The notes beneath the pieces were generated by a model, which had not been told where the DNA came from, searched no databases, and saw only the letters and a program-made list of their open reading frames with translations. Shown one piece after another: positions 18,479 to 30,645 of a stretch of 64,000 nucleotides of DNA; the first letter of the stretch is position 1; every line of letters begins with the position of its first letter. Both the position numbers and the translations under genes were made by a program. The DNA lies in the IMG/VR virus record IMGVR_UViG_3300022561_000008, positions 3,469-67,468 of that record. One strand, given 5' to 3'. This stretch comes from a virus (Duplodnaviria; Caudoviricetes).

Positions 18479-18730
18479 ATGAAAGTAATTTTAAACAAAA
18501 CAAGAAACGGCTCAGAAAGATACATTTTAATTAGTGGCTCAATGGGTAGTGCAGGCGAGTTAATAACAAGCCCAAACCATAAATTTGAAATTGCAAACGG
18601 GATTGATAGGGGTAATGGATATCAGGGATACAGTGCAGTGACTTATTTTTTATCCTCAGAAAGTTGCGCGCCCATTGACGCGAAAAATAAATGTAAGGAA
18701 ATTTTAAAATCATTAGGATATAATATTTAA
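18479..18730 (+). CDS. Early hypothetical protein
   Basis: 83-aa ORF. Confidence 0.65.
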   Translation: MKVILNKTRNGSERYILISGSMGSAGELITSPNHKFEIANGIDRGNGYQGYSAVTYFLSSESCAPIDAKNKCKEILKSLGYNI

Positions 18731-18734
18731 TCAA

Positions 18735-18875
18735 ATGAAAAACATCCTCAAATACCTAACCAAAAAACCTACCTTCACAGAAAAGCGCGTTACACATGCA
18801 GAAAAGCGAGCAAAGGTTAAAGCGATGAAGGTACATATTTATACATTGATAAGTTATACAAGTATTTACGAATAG
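18735..18875 (+). CDS. Small basic peptide (paralog B)
   Basis: MKNILKYLTKKPTFTEKRVTHAEKRAKVKAMKVHIY...*, read manually. Confidence 0.45.
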   Translation: MKNILKYLTKKPTFTEKRVTHAEKRAKVKAMKVHIYTLISYTSIYE

Positions 18876-18910
18876 TATTAATCGCCTTAATAGGCACAAA
18901 ACAAAATAAG

Positions 18911-19129
18911 ATGAAAAATCAAACAGTACTAGATGAAATTAAATTGAATGTGAAGGAAATTAACGAAATTCAACCTACTCAATTTATGTTAGGGTATCGG
19001 AACGGGTTCGTATATTTTGAAGACTCTTATACGCATGAAACATACCTGAATAGCGCAGCAACTAAACGCGAATTATTGACCGCGTTACGCGCGTTTAAGA
19101 TGGGGTTACTTTGGAGTAAAAACAATTAA
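18911..19129 (+). CDS. Early hypothetical protein
   Basis: 72-aa ORF. Confidence 0.65.
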   Translation: MKNQTVLDEIKLNVKEINEIQPTQFMLGYRNGFVYFEDSYTHETYLNSAATKRELLTALRAFKMGLLWSKNN

Positions 19130-19140
19130 TAATTAAAATC

Positions 19141-19554
19141 ATGAGCGTACTTTGTCCAGACCCAAAAGTTTACGAAGCAATTTATCACAAAATGTGTGCG
19201 TATACCTTCAATAAAACAGTTGATATCAATTATTGTTCAGTGTTCAGTAGTGCAACATTTGAACAAATTCAGGAGTTTGTTACTTCACTTTGTGACCTTA
19301 ACGAACAATCGTACAACAAAAGGTACAATAAACAAACGAAGGCAGGCGAAGAGTTAAGTAAGTTTATTAACTTTAGGTTTAAAAATCCTAAAATTAACAC
19401 ATATCAAATGTTGAAATATTTACAATGTATTCAATACAATATTGAATTAAAACATGAAAATGTATTAATATTAGATAAGGCTATAAACGAAATTTCGCAC
19501 CGGATTATTAACGAGTTACCCGAATACCAAACAGCAAAATATTCAGAAATTTAA
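19141..19554 (+). CDS. Early hypothetical protein
   Basis: 137-aa ORF. Confidence 0.7.
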   Translation: MSVLCPDPKVYEAIYHKMCAYTFNKTVDINYCSVFSSATFEQIQEFVTSLCDLNEQSYNKRYNKQTKAGEELSKFINFRFKNPKINTYQMLKYLQCIQYNIELKHENVLILDKAINEISHRIINELPEYQTAKYSEI

Positions 19555-19572
19555 TACTTAAAAATAAAAGTT

Positions 19573-19839
19573 ATGAGAACGAACGCAATTGTAAACACAG
19601 ATTTTAATACCTACCTTGTTAAATTTCAATTCCAAAGTACAGAAAATTGTTTTATTGTTCAGGGTTCAGGTTTAATGGATTGCCTGAAAAAATACGATAA
19701 AAACGGCGTGAAAAGCATAACCGAGTTTAACCCGTCAGACGCAAAATTTAAAAGAGTATCACGCGCTGATATACTACAATGTTATTCATGGGATACTGAA
19801 ACGTATATCTATCTGACTGGACATTATTACTTCAGGTAA
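19573..19839 (+). CDS. Early hypothetical protein
   Basis: 88-aa ORF. Confidence 0.65.
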   Translation: MRTNAIVNTDFNTYLVKFQFQSTENCFIVQGSGLMDCLKKYDKNGVKSITEFNPSDAKFKRVSRADILQCYSWDTETYIYLTGHYYFR

Positions 19840-19908
19840 CGAACAACGAACAACGCGAAAGTACAAACCCGCAAACAAAAGTATAAACCAAAAGTAAAAA
19901 ACAATATT

Positions 19909-20130
19909 ATGAAACAAGTAACTATTGAAAATCAGACCAGAAAAAATGAATTTTTTCACGTCACGTTGAAAAATAAGGGAGATAAACAGCCATTAAAAGT
20001 TAGACGTAACGGAATGACAAAGTTATGGAAAACCAGACCAAACGATTTCAAAATTCCAGTGAAATATGGCCTACATGAATACGCGTATATTGATCAAGAC
20101 AATGCTAAAGACTGGCTAGTTAATGAATAG
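19909..20130 (+). CDS. Conserved phage hypothetical protein
   Basis: VRRNGMTKLWKTRPNDFKIPVKYGLHEY motif. Confidence 0.75.
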   Translation: MKQVTIENQTRKNEFFHVTLKNKGDKQPLKVRRNGMTKLWKTRPNDFKIPVKYGLHEYAYIDQDNAKDWLVNE

Positions 20131-20224
20131 AGAATAAACCCGTCTCAACATAATACGGTTGTGAATCAAATAAAAGACGGGACAAAGTACATAAGTACAT
20201 AAACAACAAATAAAATTTACTATT

Positions 20225-20437
20225 ATGAAGACTCTACAATTATTTAAAGACGGCAAAGAAATTATTGCAACTGACGGTGTTGTGTACGTAGACGGTAGAT
20301 TCAATTTGAACAGCATTATACGCGAGGTTAAAAGACGAAACGAACGAATGATTAACTTCCCGTACAAAATAGCTGATTCCTTTGCTGTTTACAAAGGTGC
20401 GATAAGGAACGGTTACGGGCAAATAACCAGGATGTAA
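20225..20437 (+). CDS. Early hypothetical protein
   Basis: 70-aa ORF. Confidence 0.65.
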   Translation: MKTLQLFKDGKEIIATDGVVYVDGRFNLNSIIREVKRRNERMINFPYKIADSFAVYKGAIRNGYGQITRM

Positions 20438-20460
20438 ACGAACAATTAATAAGCGAACAA

Positions 20461-20685
20461 ATGGGAAAGATAAGCGAACAGCTATATGCAGCTATTATAA
20501 GTCACGCAAATGTAAACATTCATACGGTCGGCAGGAGTTTATTTAATGATCCTGAAAAGATAGATTTACAAATGGAGGAACTACAAGAAACAAATAATAT
20601 GGCCAAATATGCAGCCATTGAATCACTTAAAGCAAGAAGAGAATATATAATTTTGATTTACGCAAAAAATAACAAGTTGATTTAA
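20461..20685 (+). CDS. Early hypothetical protein
   Basis: 74-aa ORF. Confidence 0.6.
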   Translation: MGKISEQLYAAIISHANVNIHTVGRSLFNDPEKIDLQMEELQETNNMAKYAAIESLKARREYIILIYAKNNKLI

Positions 20686-20696
20686 TAAGCGAACAA

Positions 20697-21127
<431 letters not shown>

Positions 21128-21132
21128 ACAAA

Positions 21133-22521
21133 ATGGAAGTAAGATTTTTATACACAACTGAAAAGAATTGGAAAAAATCCACCAATAAAAACGGGTCTGT
21201 AAAATCTGGAATTAATCACTATGTAACCGTAAAAGGCGAATCATATAGTGAATGTTTATCCAATGCAAAAAATGAATGCGGATTTAACGACGAACAGTTA
21301 TTGGGTAGTGATATGTTTAAATACTTTACGAAATGAAAAAGAAACAAACCCCCTCAACCATCATCGAACAAATACGCGTCAATAGTAACGTCGCGTATGA
21401 AGCGAACGAGTTAAGTGAGCGACTGGAAAAGTTCATCTATAACCTTCCTAAATATGTAGATTCAGAAACGGAAGTAATGTTTAAGAAAGTAGCGGATGAA
21501 TTAAGCGAAATTTGCGAAATAGAACATAGGTCGAATGCAAGGTTGTTGAACGAATTTAAACAACTGAACAAATGAAAAATAAACCCAAACAAACAGGAAT
21601 GCAGAAAATCATCCAAATAGTAATGGATAGCAAAACCATGAACGAAGCATACGAAAATGTAATACTGTCGCCGATTCAAGTAGATCCGAACGACTCAGAT
21701 TGGTTCGCCGACAAGTATAACCCGAACAATACCCGAACAATGAAGCAAAGTTTTGAGCTATTTTATAACGATATTAAAAACGAAGAAAAATGAACAAGAA
21801 ACAATTGATACAATTCAACAAGGAAGCCCGAACGATACTCGAACAACTACGGCGAATAACTCCCGAACAATGGGTGATATTCTTATTCACCCTTTGTCTC
21901 ACAGCCTCAATTTGGCTATTTTGCATCAGGAACGCATGGATTATATTGCCAGTGGCGATAATGGTTTTAACAGTATTAATAATCACTAATAACGACAAGA
22001 AATGAACGAACAAACAGCATTTATCGTATTTTACGCATTACTTTTTTTAGGTTTCAGCTGCATATTGATGGGATTTTATCTCAAATCTGTGCAAAAAGTT
22101 AAGCTGGACTACAACGAACAGTTCATGCTTTTCTTAAGCGAACGAGGAATTTACTGGCTATATCGAAAGGATCTGAACACAGACTGCGAACCAGAAGAAT
22201 TTGTAAGGCGAATAACTGGCTATAATCGACAGAGTTGCTTCTGGGTAAAGCTAAACGCTCAGTGGATCGAACGACTCGAACAAATCGTGGAGGCGAACAA
22301 ATAATAACTAAAAAACAAATAACATGAAAGCATTAGGAACAATTTTAGGTGTAGCGATTTGGCTTGGAGTAATTGTATTTGGGAATATTTTAAATGCTCC
22401 ACTCAAATCTGATCAATGGTTTTTAATCTCAATTAGGGTTTTGCATTGTATATTTTGGGGATTCTTCTCAATTTATGTAGCGACAAAATTTCACGACTGG
22501 TTTAAATCTCACATAAAATAA
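21133..22521 (+). other. Run of six small coupled early ORFs (21133-21336, 21333-21575, 21572-21793, 21790-22005, 22002-22304, 22324-22521); several have TM segments
   Basis: ATGA overlaps; hydrophobic stretches in the last three. Confidence 0.65.
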
Positions 22522-22527
22522 TAAACA

Positions 22528-22583
22528 ATTAACAATTATTAACTAAAAACAACTTGCATATATAAAACATTTATTTATCTTTG
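22528..22583 (+). promoter_or_regulatory. Early promoter with ATTAAC-N4-ATTAAC repeat
   Basis: TATCTTTG at 22576-22583; repeats at 22528 and 22538. Confidence 0.65.
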
Positions 22584-22587
22584 TGTT

Positions 22588-24348
22588 ATGAAAACAGCAG
22601 AATTTAATGAATTTAAAGTAGGGGATCGGGTCAGGCTAAAGGATGGATTAGTTGCTGGCAAAGTATATTGTGGGCTTACTCTTTTAAAAGATATGATGTT
22701 TAACGGATTTTTAGTAATTGAACGCATATCTAATTACGGAAGCCTAATTATTACTGGCTATTTTTACTCTCCAGAAATGCTAACGCTATGACAACAACCC
22801 TAATTCTCCCGAACGAATCCTTCCTAAGCGAAGGAGTCCTTCTAATATGCAAACAGGCAACGAATGGCTGCCAAGGATGCAGTAGAGCCAACCGAAACGA
22901 CTGTGACCGATTCCTGTGTAGTCAAGTTCATCGGAGCGATTTCAAATCGGTTATATTCATAGAGACCAGATCAGAGATAATCGCTGGCAAACTGGTTGAG
23001 CAAGTGGAAAATAAAGGATGTGGGGCGTGTGCGTTTGCTGCGAACGATGAAGAATCAGACCCATGCCGAACATGTACAGGAAAAACAATGTATAAAGAAA
23101 TTAGGAGGAATTGAGATGAACGACAACAACATGAGCGCGATAGATCACGCAAAATATATGCAAGAACAAATGTGGGAAATTCATATACAGGAATGTGCCG
23201 GAAAGTATAGGAACAGCCTGCTTGAAAAGAGAAGATATCACATTCATGGTATGGGTCAAAAGGTTGGACTGCCATTAGAAATGAAGCAAATAGAAAGCAT
23301 GGTAGATGGTTTTATTGACGGAGCTTTATCAAATGGCACAAAAGAACATTGGCAAAGGGGGATGTATTCAGAGGAAGAAGTTAAAGATATTCTAACTAAA
23401 CGAAACGAGATGTTCAGCACCAAAATAGAATCTTTTAGTAATCTTCTATTAAAACAGGATTTAGAATGGTTCGAACAAAACAAAAAGAAACCATGAGCGA
23501 ACAGATCGAACAACCCGAACAAGATAGTCCCGAAAATCTACAGTGGGTACAGATGCCAGCACAGGTCGAACAACCCATGCGCAAATATTATCTCACCAAC
23601 GAACAGCAACGGGTCTGTGATGTGCTTTCAGAGTACGAACGAGCCTACATATCGGTTTCATCAAAGGAAGGCAATTATATGGTCTTAAATGGCAACAAAA
23701 CCGAACGAGTCAGATCGAACACACTGACGGCTCTGGTCAAGAAGGGATATCTAGGAGAGAATGGGAGAAACCGATTAAAACTTATATGATATGTTTGAGA
23801 AAATTACGAAGGGAGAGTCCATAATAACCCAAAGAGGAGATAAGTATCTTCTACAAATAGAGTGTGATGGTAAATTAGCGGCCTTTACTGGCAGTTTTGC
23901 CAACGCCGAATTTATCACCTACTGTTTCAATCTACAGCAGAAGTATGATATTGTATGTTTAGAAGAAGCTGTGAAATGCCTCGAATCCGTAAAGGGATTA
24001 CTTGATGAGTGCATATCATTAGCGCATCACAGCCCGCGCATTAAGGCTTCAGAAAAGGTTGAAATACTTATCAACAAAATTAAAAAACAATAGAAAGCAA
24101 TGAAGAATTTATTTAAGTATTTATTTGTACCGTCTGGCGAAAAGGTAGTAGTTACTGCTTATGAATCGTGGATAGTAAGATGGTTTTCTGTTCACCTTTC
24201 GTATGGGGAATATACATCTAAAGAAAAACAAGCTGAGGTGTTTACATCTAAGGCGGATGCGGAAAAATTTGCTAATTCATTAAAAGATGCACTAAAACTA
24301 TTAAAAAATACAAATTTTGATAGTCACATAACAATTGAACAAAATTAA
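22588..24348 (+). other. Run of small early ORFs (22588-22791, 22788-23114 Cys-rich, 23116-23496, 23493-23789, 23791-24093, 24100-24348)
   Basis: ORF track, tightly packed same-strand genes. Confidence 0.65.
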
Positions 24349-24910
24349 AACAATGAAAATGACAGAAGATTTACGCGGCTGGCGCTGGGGCCTCAAAATC
24401 ACACACGCAGGATCGGACATACTCCCACTTGGGAAGGATGTAACAGTCACGATTGAAAAGATTGAGGCAAAAGAAGATGAATTGGTTGGTGGCACGAAAA
24501 TGGATACCTATGTTGCCACATTCAGACCGAATCCGTACACTGCGCTTCCAATGGTATTGCGCTCGACTAACCTGAAGGTGTTGCGCAAAATTAGTGGCGT
24601 GGAAGATCCGGCACTGATCAAGGACTTTAATGTAATCCTGACCAGAGAGCTAACGAACGACCCACAAATGGGAGGTAAGTGTTATGGTTTACGAATCAGT
24701 AAAATCAAGGCTATACAGAATGGGATTGTTACATTTGCAGCACCCAAACCCGAACAACCCATAGTCAAACAACCCCTTACTCTCACTTCCGAAAAGTATG
24801 AAGGGCTTAAGAAATGGCTGTCTGAGACGGGAACGCTTACGGGGCTTTTGAAAGCGTATGAGCCTGATAGTGAGTGTTTGGTTGAACTTAAAAAGATAAA
24901 GGAGATATGA
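24335..24910 (+). CDS. Conserved phage protein of the recombination module (possible annealing/SSB-like)
   Basis: THAGSDILPLGKDVTVTI..PMVLRSTNLK..GLRI pattern; next to YqaJ nuclease. Confidence 0.5.
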   Translation: MNKIKTMKMTEDLRGWRWGLKITHAGSDILPLGKDVTVTIEKIEAKEDELVGGTKMDTYVATFRPNPYTALPMVLRSTNLKVLRKISGVEDPALIKDFNVILTRELTNDPQMGGKCYGLRISKIKAIQNGIVTFAAPKPEQPIVKQPLTLTSEKYEGLKKWLSETGTLTGLLKAYEPDSECLVELKKIKEI

Positions 24911-25194
24911 AAAGACTAGGACAAGAACCAGCATTTTCAACTCCGGCAGCGAGTTATCATACGGCTGGCGGCGGAGCTTATCACGACAGACAGAAAGGAA
25001 TGAGCCAGCGTCTTTTAATTGCAAAAGACATGATGCCAACTGCAAGCGAATATTTTAATGAGTGTTCAGTTAAATTCATAGCAGAATATATTGGAATTAT
25101 AGAAAGCGAATACACATATGATCACTACAAAAAGGCAGTAGTTAAATATGCGATTGAATTGGCGGATGAACTTCTAAAACAAGAAGCAGAATGA
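24907..25194 (+). CDS. Hypothetical protein
   Basis: PAF...GMSQRLLIAK..LADELLK motif common in phages. Confidence 0.7.
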   Translation: MKRLGQEPAFSTPAASYHTAGGGAYHDRQKGMSQRLLIAKDMMPTASEYFNECSVKFIAEYIGIIESEYTYDHYKKAVVKYAIELADELLKQEAE

Positions 25195-25272
25195 AAGCAG
25201 GCAAGTTATTAAGAATCAGCGACGACCGCTCTATCTACATCATTGAAAATGAAGATGGTTCGCTCATAATGT

Positions 25273-25455
25273 ATGTCTGAATTTAAAGGGCTCAGAATAG
25301 ATCAAAAATCACACAGGTGGCAAGCAAGAATTACTGTAAATAAAAAGAGAATTTCTCTTGGGTATTTTGATACCGAAATAGAAGCAGCGATAGCTTACGA
25401 TGTAGCGTGTGTAAAATATTTTGGCGGTTTTGCCAGACCAAATTTTAAACAATAA
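25273..25455 (+). CDS. Stand-alone AP2 domain protein (HNH-AP2 remnant)
   Basis: FKGL..RWQARITVNKKRISLGYFDTEIEAAIAYD..FARPNF. Confidence 0.75.
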   Translation: MSEFKGLRIDQKSHRWQARITVNKKRISLGYFDTEIEAAIAYDVACVKYFGGFARPNFKQ

Positions 25456-25459
25456 AACA

Positions 25460-26308
25460 ATGACAAAAGAGGAATTATGGTTAATAGAAAGAGCCGGAAA
25501 GATAACATCATCCAATCTTACAAAACTGTTCACAGGTGGATCACGACCAGCGACGGCGGAAGAGTTAATAATTTATAAATTGGTAAAATCCGCCAAAAAG
25601 ACTACGCCCTTAGAATTTGGAGAAACCGCAATAAATTATCTCTATCAGATTCAAAGAGAGAAAAGGCTTAAAGCTCCGACTTACCAACGCGACATTTATA
25701 ATTTTACATTTGGTAAAGATGCGGAAAAATATGCCGTTATGTGGCTTAGGGCTAATCGCCCAGACCTAATCATTAAATACTGTAACTCTGACGATTTTGA
25801 TTCTATTCCATTTTGCAGTGCACCTTCCGGCGTATATGATTCGCCTGATGCTTTTGCCAACGAAGATATTGTAATCGAAATAAAGTGCCCAGTGGATAAA
25901 GCTAAGTTCGAACAGATCCGAGACATGAGTAAAGAGGAGGTCATGGGAGAGTATGATCTACAATTCGCCAACCATCTCAATTGCAATCCTACTTGTCATA
26001 AATTATTGTATGTTATTTATGATTCCCAAGTTGACGATGATCCCTACGATTTGCTTGATCCTCTTCATCCAGATAGGGGGGTGATATTTGAGTACGACAG
26101 ATCTGAGTTCGCTTACCTTATTTTATCTATTGAGGATAAGGTCAAACATGTCATGAAATTCCTGGCATTAGTTGATGAGGGCAAAATGAAAGTGAGGGAT
26201 ATTAATAACTGGAAGCCGAGTAACCCAATCGACGGATTTATTCTGCCGCAAATAGAAATGAGTAATGGTATGAAACAACAAATAACAGAAGGAGAACTAA
26301 AGCCATGA
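25460..26308 (+). CDS. YqaJ-like viral recombinase exonuclease (lambda-exo family)
   Basis: RAGKITSS, G...E..A, SPDA..IEIKCP, YDLQ motifs; start at MTKEELW. Confidence 0.85.
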   Translation: MTKEELWLIERAGKITSSNLTKLFTGGSRPATAEELIIYKLVKSAKKTTPLEFGETAINYLYQIQREKRLKAPTYQRDIYNFTFGKDAEKYAVMWLRANRPDLIIKYCNSDDFDSIPFCSAPSGVYDSPDAFANEDIVIEIKCPVDKAKFEQIRDMSKEEVMGEYDLQFANHLNCNPTCHKLLYVIYDSQVDDDPYDLLDPLHPDRGVIFEYDRSEFAYLILSIEDKVKHVMKFLALVDEGKMKVRDINNWKPSNPIDGFILPQIEMSNGMKQQITEGELKP

Positions 26309-26631
26309 ACATAGGAAAAGTATTTACCTGTAAAATTCCAGACTATTTAAATCCAGACAAGGTAAAAATAGTCGATGAAGATGCCATAATGGATTGGGCT
26401 AAAACTGCTGATTGGAAAGAGGCTTTTACTGGAGTTAAAGATTCAGTTGAACCAAAAATAGAAGAAGATGAGTAATAGACAATCGGGCTGGTATTGGGTA
26501 ATCCCATTCAGATCCGTCACGTGGGTAATCTGCTATTACGATGCATGGTGGGATGAGTGGACAGTAAATGGTGAATCCGGCGTAAAGGATAATGAGTTTG
26601 AGAAAATTGACCCAATAAAATTAATAAGGAT

Positions 26632-27589
26632 ATGAGAGCCAAACGCACGACTAAAACCTACGCCGACCGCTGGAAGTTGACCCGATCCGACCTGATCGGC
26701 ATCCATCCATTTCACCAGAGAATCGCAGATTCAATGGTGATGTACATGGAAGGAACGAATCGGCACGACATCCGTGCATTGGAGCGGACGGTCATGAATG
26801 AATATGAAGAATGCAAAGTAATGAGTAGATTTGATTGTAAGGCAGTTCGGTTTAAGTGGGTGTGTATCAGCAAACAACATGTTTCACCCTACAAAGAACG
26901 GTTTGCGTTTGCAGTCTATTCCGGTAATCAGTTGCTGTCAGCAGTATTTGAGAGTGAAAACCTGCGCGGATTCGGAGTTGAAAGAAAGGACTATCAGCCA
27001 TGAGACCCCACACCCCACTCATAACCAAAATAGCCAACTTCGACCGCATAGAAAACCACAGTCACTGGGTGATGCTGGCTTGGCTCGATAATCCTTACCT
27101 GAGCGAAAGGAACACCCTCGCATCCCACTTAGTCAACTATGCTTGGGCGTTATGCGAGAGAATGGTTAAGCCCCTGAGCTTGGATAGATTCTTCGAATTA
27201 CTGGAGGAGCAGAGTGCGGTATTTCTGGAAACCAACAGGATTGACAGCAGATATATACTAAAAAAGGTTTTACTCACCAAGCGCAAAACCCACCATCTTC
27301 CATTGTACAAGATCGAGATCGGGTCGGACATAGAGTGTTTGGCAGCGATATTCTATCATGCAGATTTAACATATAATAGAGAGAAAAGATGAGAAGAAAA
27401 CTTTATTTTAATTATTACGACAATGCAGATACGAATCTGGTTATTCCTGATTTACAAACGGTATTCGATTTGATTAAAGACGACATGGAGTCTATCGAGG
27501 AGGGTGACAATGCCTATGAATATACCGTTATTCCTGTATGGATGACTGAAAAGGAGTTTAGTGAATTGCCAGAATCGGATTATCCATGA
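26632..27589 (+). other. Three hypothetical ORFs (26632-27003, 27000-27392, 27389-27589)
   Basis: Coupled ATGA overlaps. Confidence 0.65.
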
Positions 27590-29091
27590 TCCCCCAACTC
27601 AGACCATACCAAACTGCAACAGTAGCCCTCGCCAGAAAAGCATTTGCTAAGCATAAGCACGTGCTGCTCGTCTCGGCCCAAGGCAGTGGTAAAACGTTTA
27701 TGTTTAGCGAAATTACCCGAAGCTCTCTTGAAAAAGGCTATAAGGTTTTAATTGTATCAAATAGAGCCAAATTACTCAGACAGGCTGGCGGTTCACTGAC
27801 AAAGTTCGCAATAAATGCGGAGTATATATCCGCCAAGCACCGCAACCTTCCCGAAGGTAGTTGTGCTGTGGCGACTGCTCAAACATTGCAGAGAAGGTTT
27901 TTATTGCCGGAATATCAGGAATACTTGAAAGGAATAGATTTGCTGATTATAGATGAGGCGCACCAGCAAGACTTCAACTTTCTGTTAGAGTGTGGGATAT
28001 TCGATAAGAGGTGGGTTTTGGCAGTTACAGCTACCCCGAAACGGGTCGGTAAGCAAAGGCAGTTAGGGCTGGATTATGAAGTAATAATTGAGGGGCTTTC
28101 CGTACAGGCTGGCATTGATCTGAATTTTCTTGTTCCGGCTCGTCACTTTACATTAGATTGTCCCGATTTATCAACAGTGAGCATAGATCCTATCCGTGGT
28201 GATTATAGCGGAAAGGATCTTTACAAAGTATTCAACACTACGAAAGTATATGGTGGCGTAATTTCCGAATACAGGAAGATATGCGATGGCGAAAAAACTG
28301 TGTGTTTCTGCTCGAATCAGATCCACGCAATCCAAACCTGTATTGAGTTTAATAACGCTGGCATATCATCTAAATTCGTGGTTTCGGGTTTAAAGAGCGA
28401 TGACGAGGACTACCACTTATTCGAAGATAACCAAAATTTAACAGGTAAAAAGGAAGATGTCGAGGATAAATTTACGCGTGGTGAATTTTTAGTGTTGTGT
28501 AATGTTGCAATTTACACTACTGGATGGGACGAACCGTCTATTAAAAATGTGATACTGCTTAGGGCTACATTATCTGAAAGCCTTTATGATCAAATGATTG
28601 GAAGGGGCAGTAGGATATTTGAAGATAAGAAATTTTTTCGTGTATTGGACTTTGGTGGCAATGTCGCTCGTCATGGATTATTTGAAAGGGTGAGAGAAAA
28701 TGGTTTGTGGCATGACTATAAGGAAGGTTCTGGAGTTGTCGGAACTAAAGAATGCGACCCACTGAAAACTGATAAGGAAGGAAAGAAAGGCTGTGCCCGA
28801 TTAATTCATGTTAGCTATCCCATCTGTCCTTTTTGCGGTTTCATATTCACCACTCCAGAAGAACTAAAAGAAATAGAATTAAAGGAAATTATTGGTGGTG
28901 AATTTAAGTTCAGAGAAATGAGCGCGATTCAGCTTCGTGCTTATGCTCAACTAAATGGATATAAGATGGCTTGGGTATATCGACAGCTCTATATGGGGAA
29001 CGATGAAAAGGGATTCAGGCAGGGGATGAAAGATTTGGGTTACGAGTCGAAGTTTATTTATCTCACTTTGCAAAGATTTAAAAATAAATAA
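27586..29091 (+). CDS. SF2 DEAD/DEAH-box helicase with C-terminal Zn finger
   Basis: LRPYQ, AQGSGKT, DEAH, TATP, TTGWD, QMIGRGSR, CPFC. Confidence 0.95.
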   Translation: MIPQLRPYQTATVALARKAFAKHKHVLLVSAQGSGKTFMFSEITRSSLEKGYKVLIVSNRAKLLRQAGGSLTKFAINAEYISAKHRNLPEGSCAVATAQTLQRRFLLPEYQEYLKGIDLLIIDEAHQQDFNFLLECGIFDKRWVLAVTATPKRVGKQRQLGLDYEVIIEGLSVQAGIDLNFLVPARHFTLDCPDLSTVSIDPIRGDYSGKDLYKVFNTTKVYGGVISEYRKICDGEKTVCFCSNQIHAIQTCIEFNNAGISSKFVVSGLKSDDEDYHLFEDNQNLTGKKEDVEDKFTRGEFLVLCNVAIYTTGWDEPSIKNVILLRATLSESLYDQMIGRGSRIFEDKKFFRVLDFGGNVARHGLFERVRENGLWHDYKEGSGVVGTKECDPLKTDKEGKKGCARLIHVSYPICPFCGFIFTTPEELKEIELKEIIGGEFKFREMSAIQLRAYAQLNGYKMAWVYRQLYMGNDEKGFRQGMKDLGYESKFIYLTLQRFKNK

Positions 29092-29152
29092 CTGATTTTT
29101 GTTGGAGGTGTGAATAAATATATTATCTTTGCATTACATTAATAAATAAGAT

Positions 29153-29362
29153 ATGAAAATAGCAACATTTTTTAGGAAAACGAAAGAGCAGAAAGCCGTT
29201 CAGATTGCAAATAAACTAATAGATACATTATGCGATCTGGAACTTAAATCATCAAACAGTGGATGCGCATTAATTATGGTGTGGGTTTATGATGACGGAA
29301 GTAAAAGTATAGAATGGAATAGTGGGGAAAAATCGTTAAATTTAAATAAAGAAAAGAAATGA
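29153..29362 (+). CDS. Hypothetical protein
   Basis: 69-aa ORF after TATCTTTG at 29124. Confidence 0.6.
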   Translation: MKIATFFRKTKEQKAVQIANKLIDTLCDLELKSSNSGCALIMVWVYDDGSKSIEWNSGEKSLNLNKEKK

Positions 29363-30645
29363 AATTACTAAAGATTGAGATTAAAAACATCGCCAAGCAC
29401 GAGAACACGACGATTGAAATCAACAAGCCGTTGACGGTTATTTTTGGCGAGGTTGAGAATGGTAAAACTACCATCTTAAACGTGGTGAAATGGGCGTTGG
29501 GCTGCATTGTTCCCGACAATATCATCAAGGAAGGATGTACTGAGGGAGATATTTTTGTAACCTTCGACAACGCCACCTCCCACAGATCCTTTTATAAAAA
29601 TAAGGATGGTGTAGAAGTTGCCAGACCACTGGAATACATTGAAAACGGTCGCAAGATTGCTGAGCCAATCAAATACCTCAAAACTAAAATCAATCCATTC
29701 CTTTTACAGAATGAGTATTTCATGCAGATGACCGCAACGGAACAAATGCGCTTCTTCGTCGCTCTCTTCGGCATAGACACCTCAGCCGAGAACCAACTAT
29801 TAGCGAAACAGGAAGAAACCAATAAATCTCTCCGCTCTGAAATAAAAGGGATTGGTGAGATTGCCCCCGTTATGGTAGCTAAGCCAGACTTGGATGCGTT
29901 GAAGGCTGAAAAAGATGTTGTGGATAAAGCTAATCGGGAATTAAAGGAGAAGTTCGAGAAGGATGGCCAGTCCATAACAGAGAGAATCCAAACAAGAACG
30001 AGTGCGCTTTATGCAATCACGGAGTATAAGTCCAAGATAGAGGCATTAAAGGAGGAAATAAAAGAGGCCGAAGATAGGATGGCTGTTAGGGAAGCGTTTC
30101 TATTAGCCTATCCCGAACTTCCCGCAGTTGAACCGCCAATCTATAGTCTTACTATAGAAATCGACGAGAAAATATCCAATGCAAAAGTTGATGAACTCAA
30201 GTACGACAAGTGGAAAGAGGATGTTTTACGCCTTAAAGCCAAAACTGACAAGGAACAAGAACTCAAAGACGGTGAAGCTCTGGTTAAAGAAACCCGCGCT
30301 GTCAAAATTGCCAAGCTCTCGGAGTTTTCTGACAAAACAGGAATTGAGGAATTGAAGTTTGTCGAGGGCGGATATACCTACCAAGGAACAGCCTTCGATA
30401 TGCTTTCTACATCGGCTCGCATGGATTTGTCGGATAAGTTATCGGCTCTGTTTCCATCTGATTTCGACATTGATTTAATTGACAGGGCAGAAAGCCTTGG
30501 AAGAAAGAACCTGATCAACCTTGGCGAAATTGCCGCAAAAGGGAAGAGGACAATTATTGCTACTGTTGTTAGTGACAGTCTGGCGATTGACGATGAGAAT
30601 ATTGGGGTGTTTAAGGTAGAGGATGGGGTTGTAAGTAATGGTTAA
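29359..30645 (+). CDS. SMC/SbcC-like AAA ATPase
   Basis: GEVENGKTT Walker A, long coiled coil, LSTSAR signature-like, LIDRAESL Walker B. Confidence 0.85.
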   Translation: MKLLKIEIKNIAKHENTTIEINKPLTVIFGEVENGKTTILNVVKWALGCIVPDNIIKEGCTEGDIFVTFDNATSHRSFYKNKDGVEVARPLEYIENGRKIAEPIKYLKTKINPFLLQNEYFMQMTATEQMRFFVALFGIDTSAENQLLAKQEETNKSLRSEIKGIGEIAPVMVAKPDLDALKAEKDVVDKANRELKEKFEKDGQSITERIQTRTSALYAITEYKSKIEALKEEIKEAEDRMAVREAFLLAYPELPAVEPPIYSLTIEIDEKISNAKVDELKYDKWKEDVLRLKAKTDKEQELKDGEALVKETRAVKIAKLSEFSDKTGIEELKFVEGGYTYQGTAFDMLSTSARMDLSDKLSALFPSDFDIDLIDRAESLGRKNLINLGEIAAKGKRTIIATVVSDSLAIDDENIGVFKVEDGVVSNG

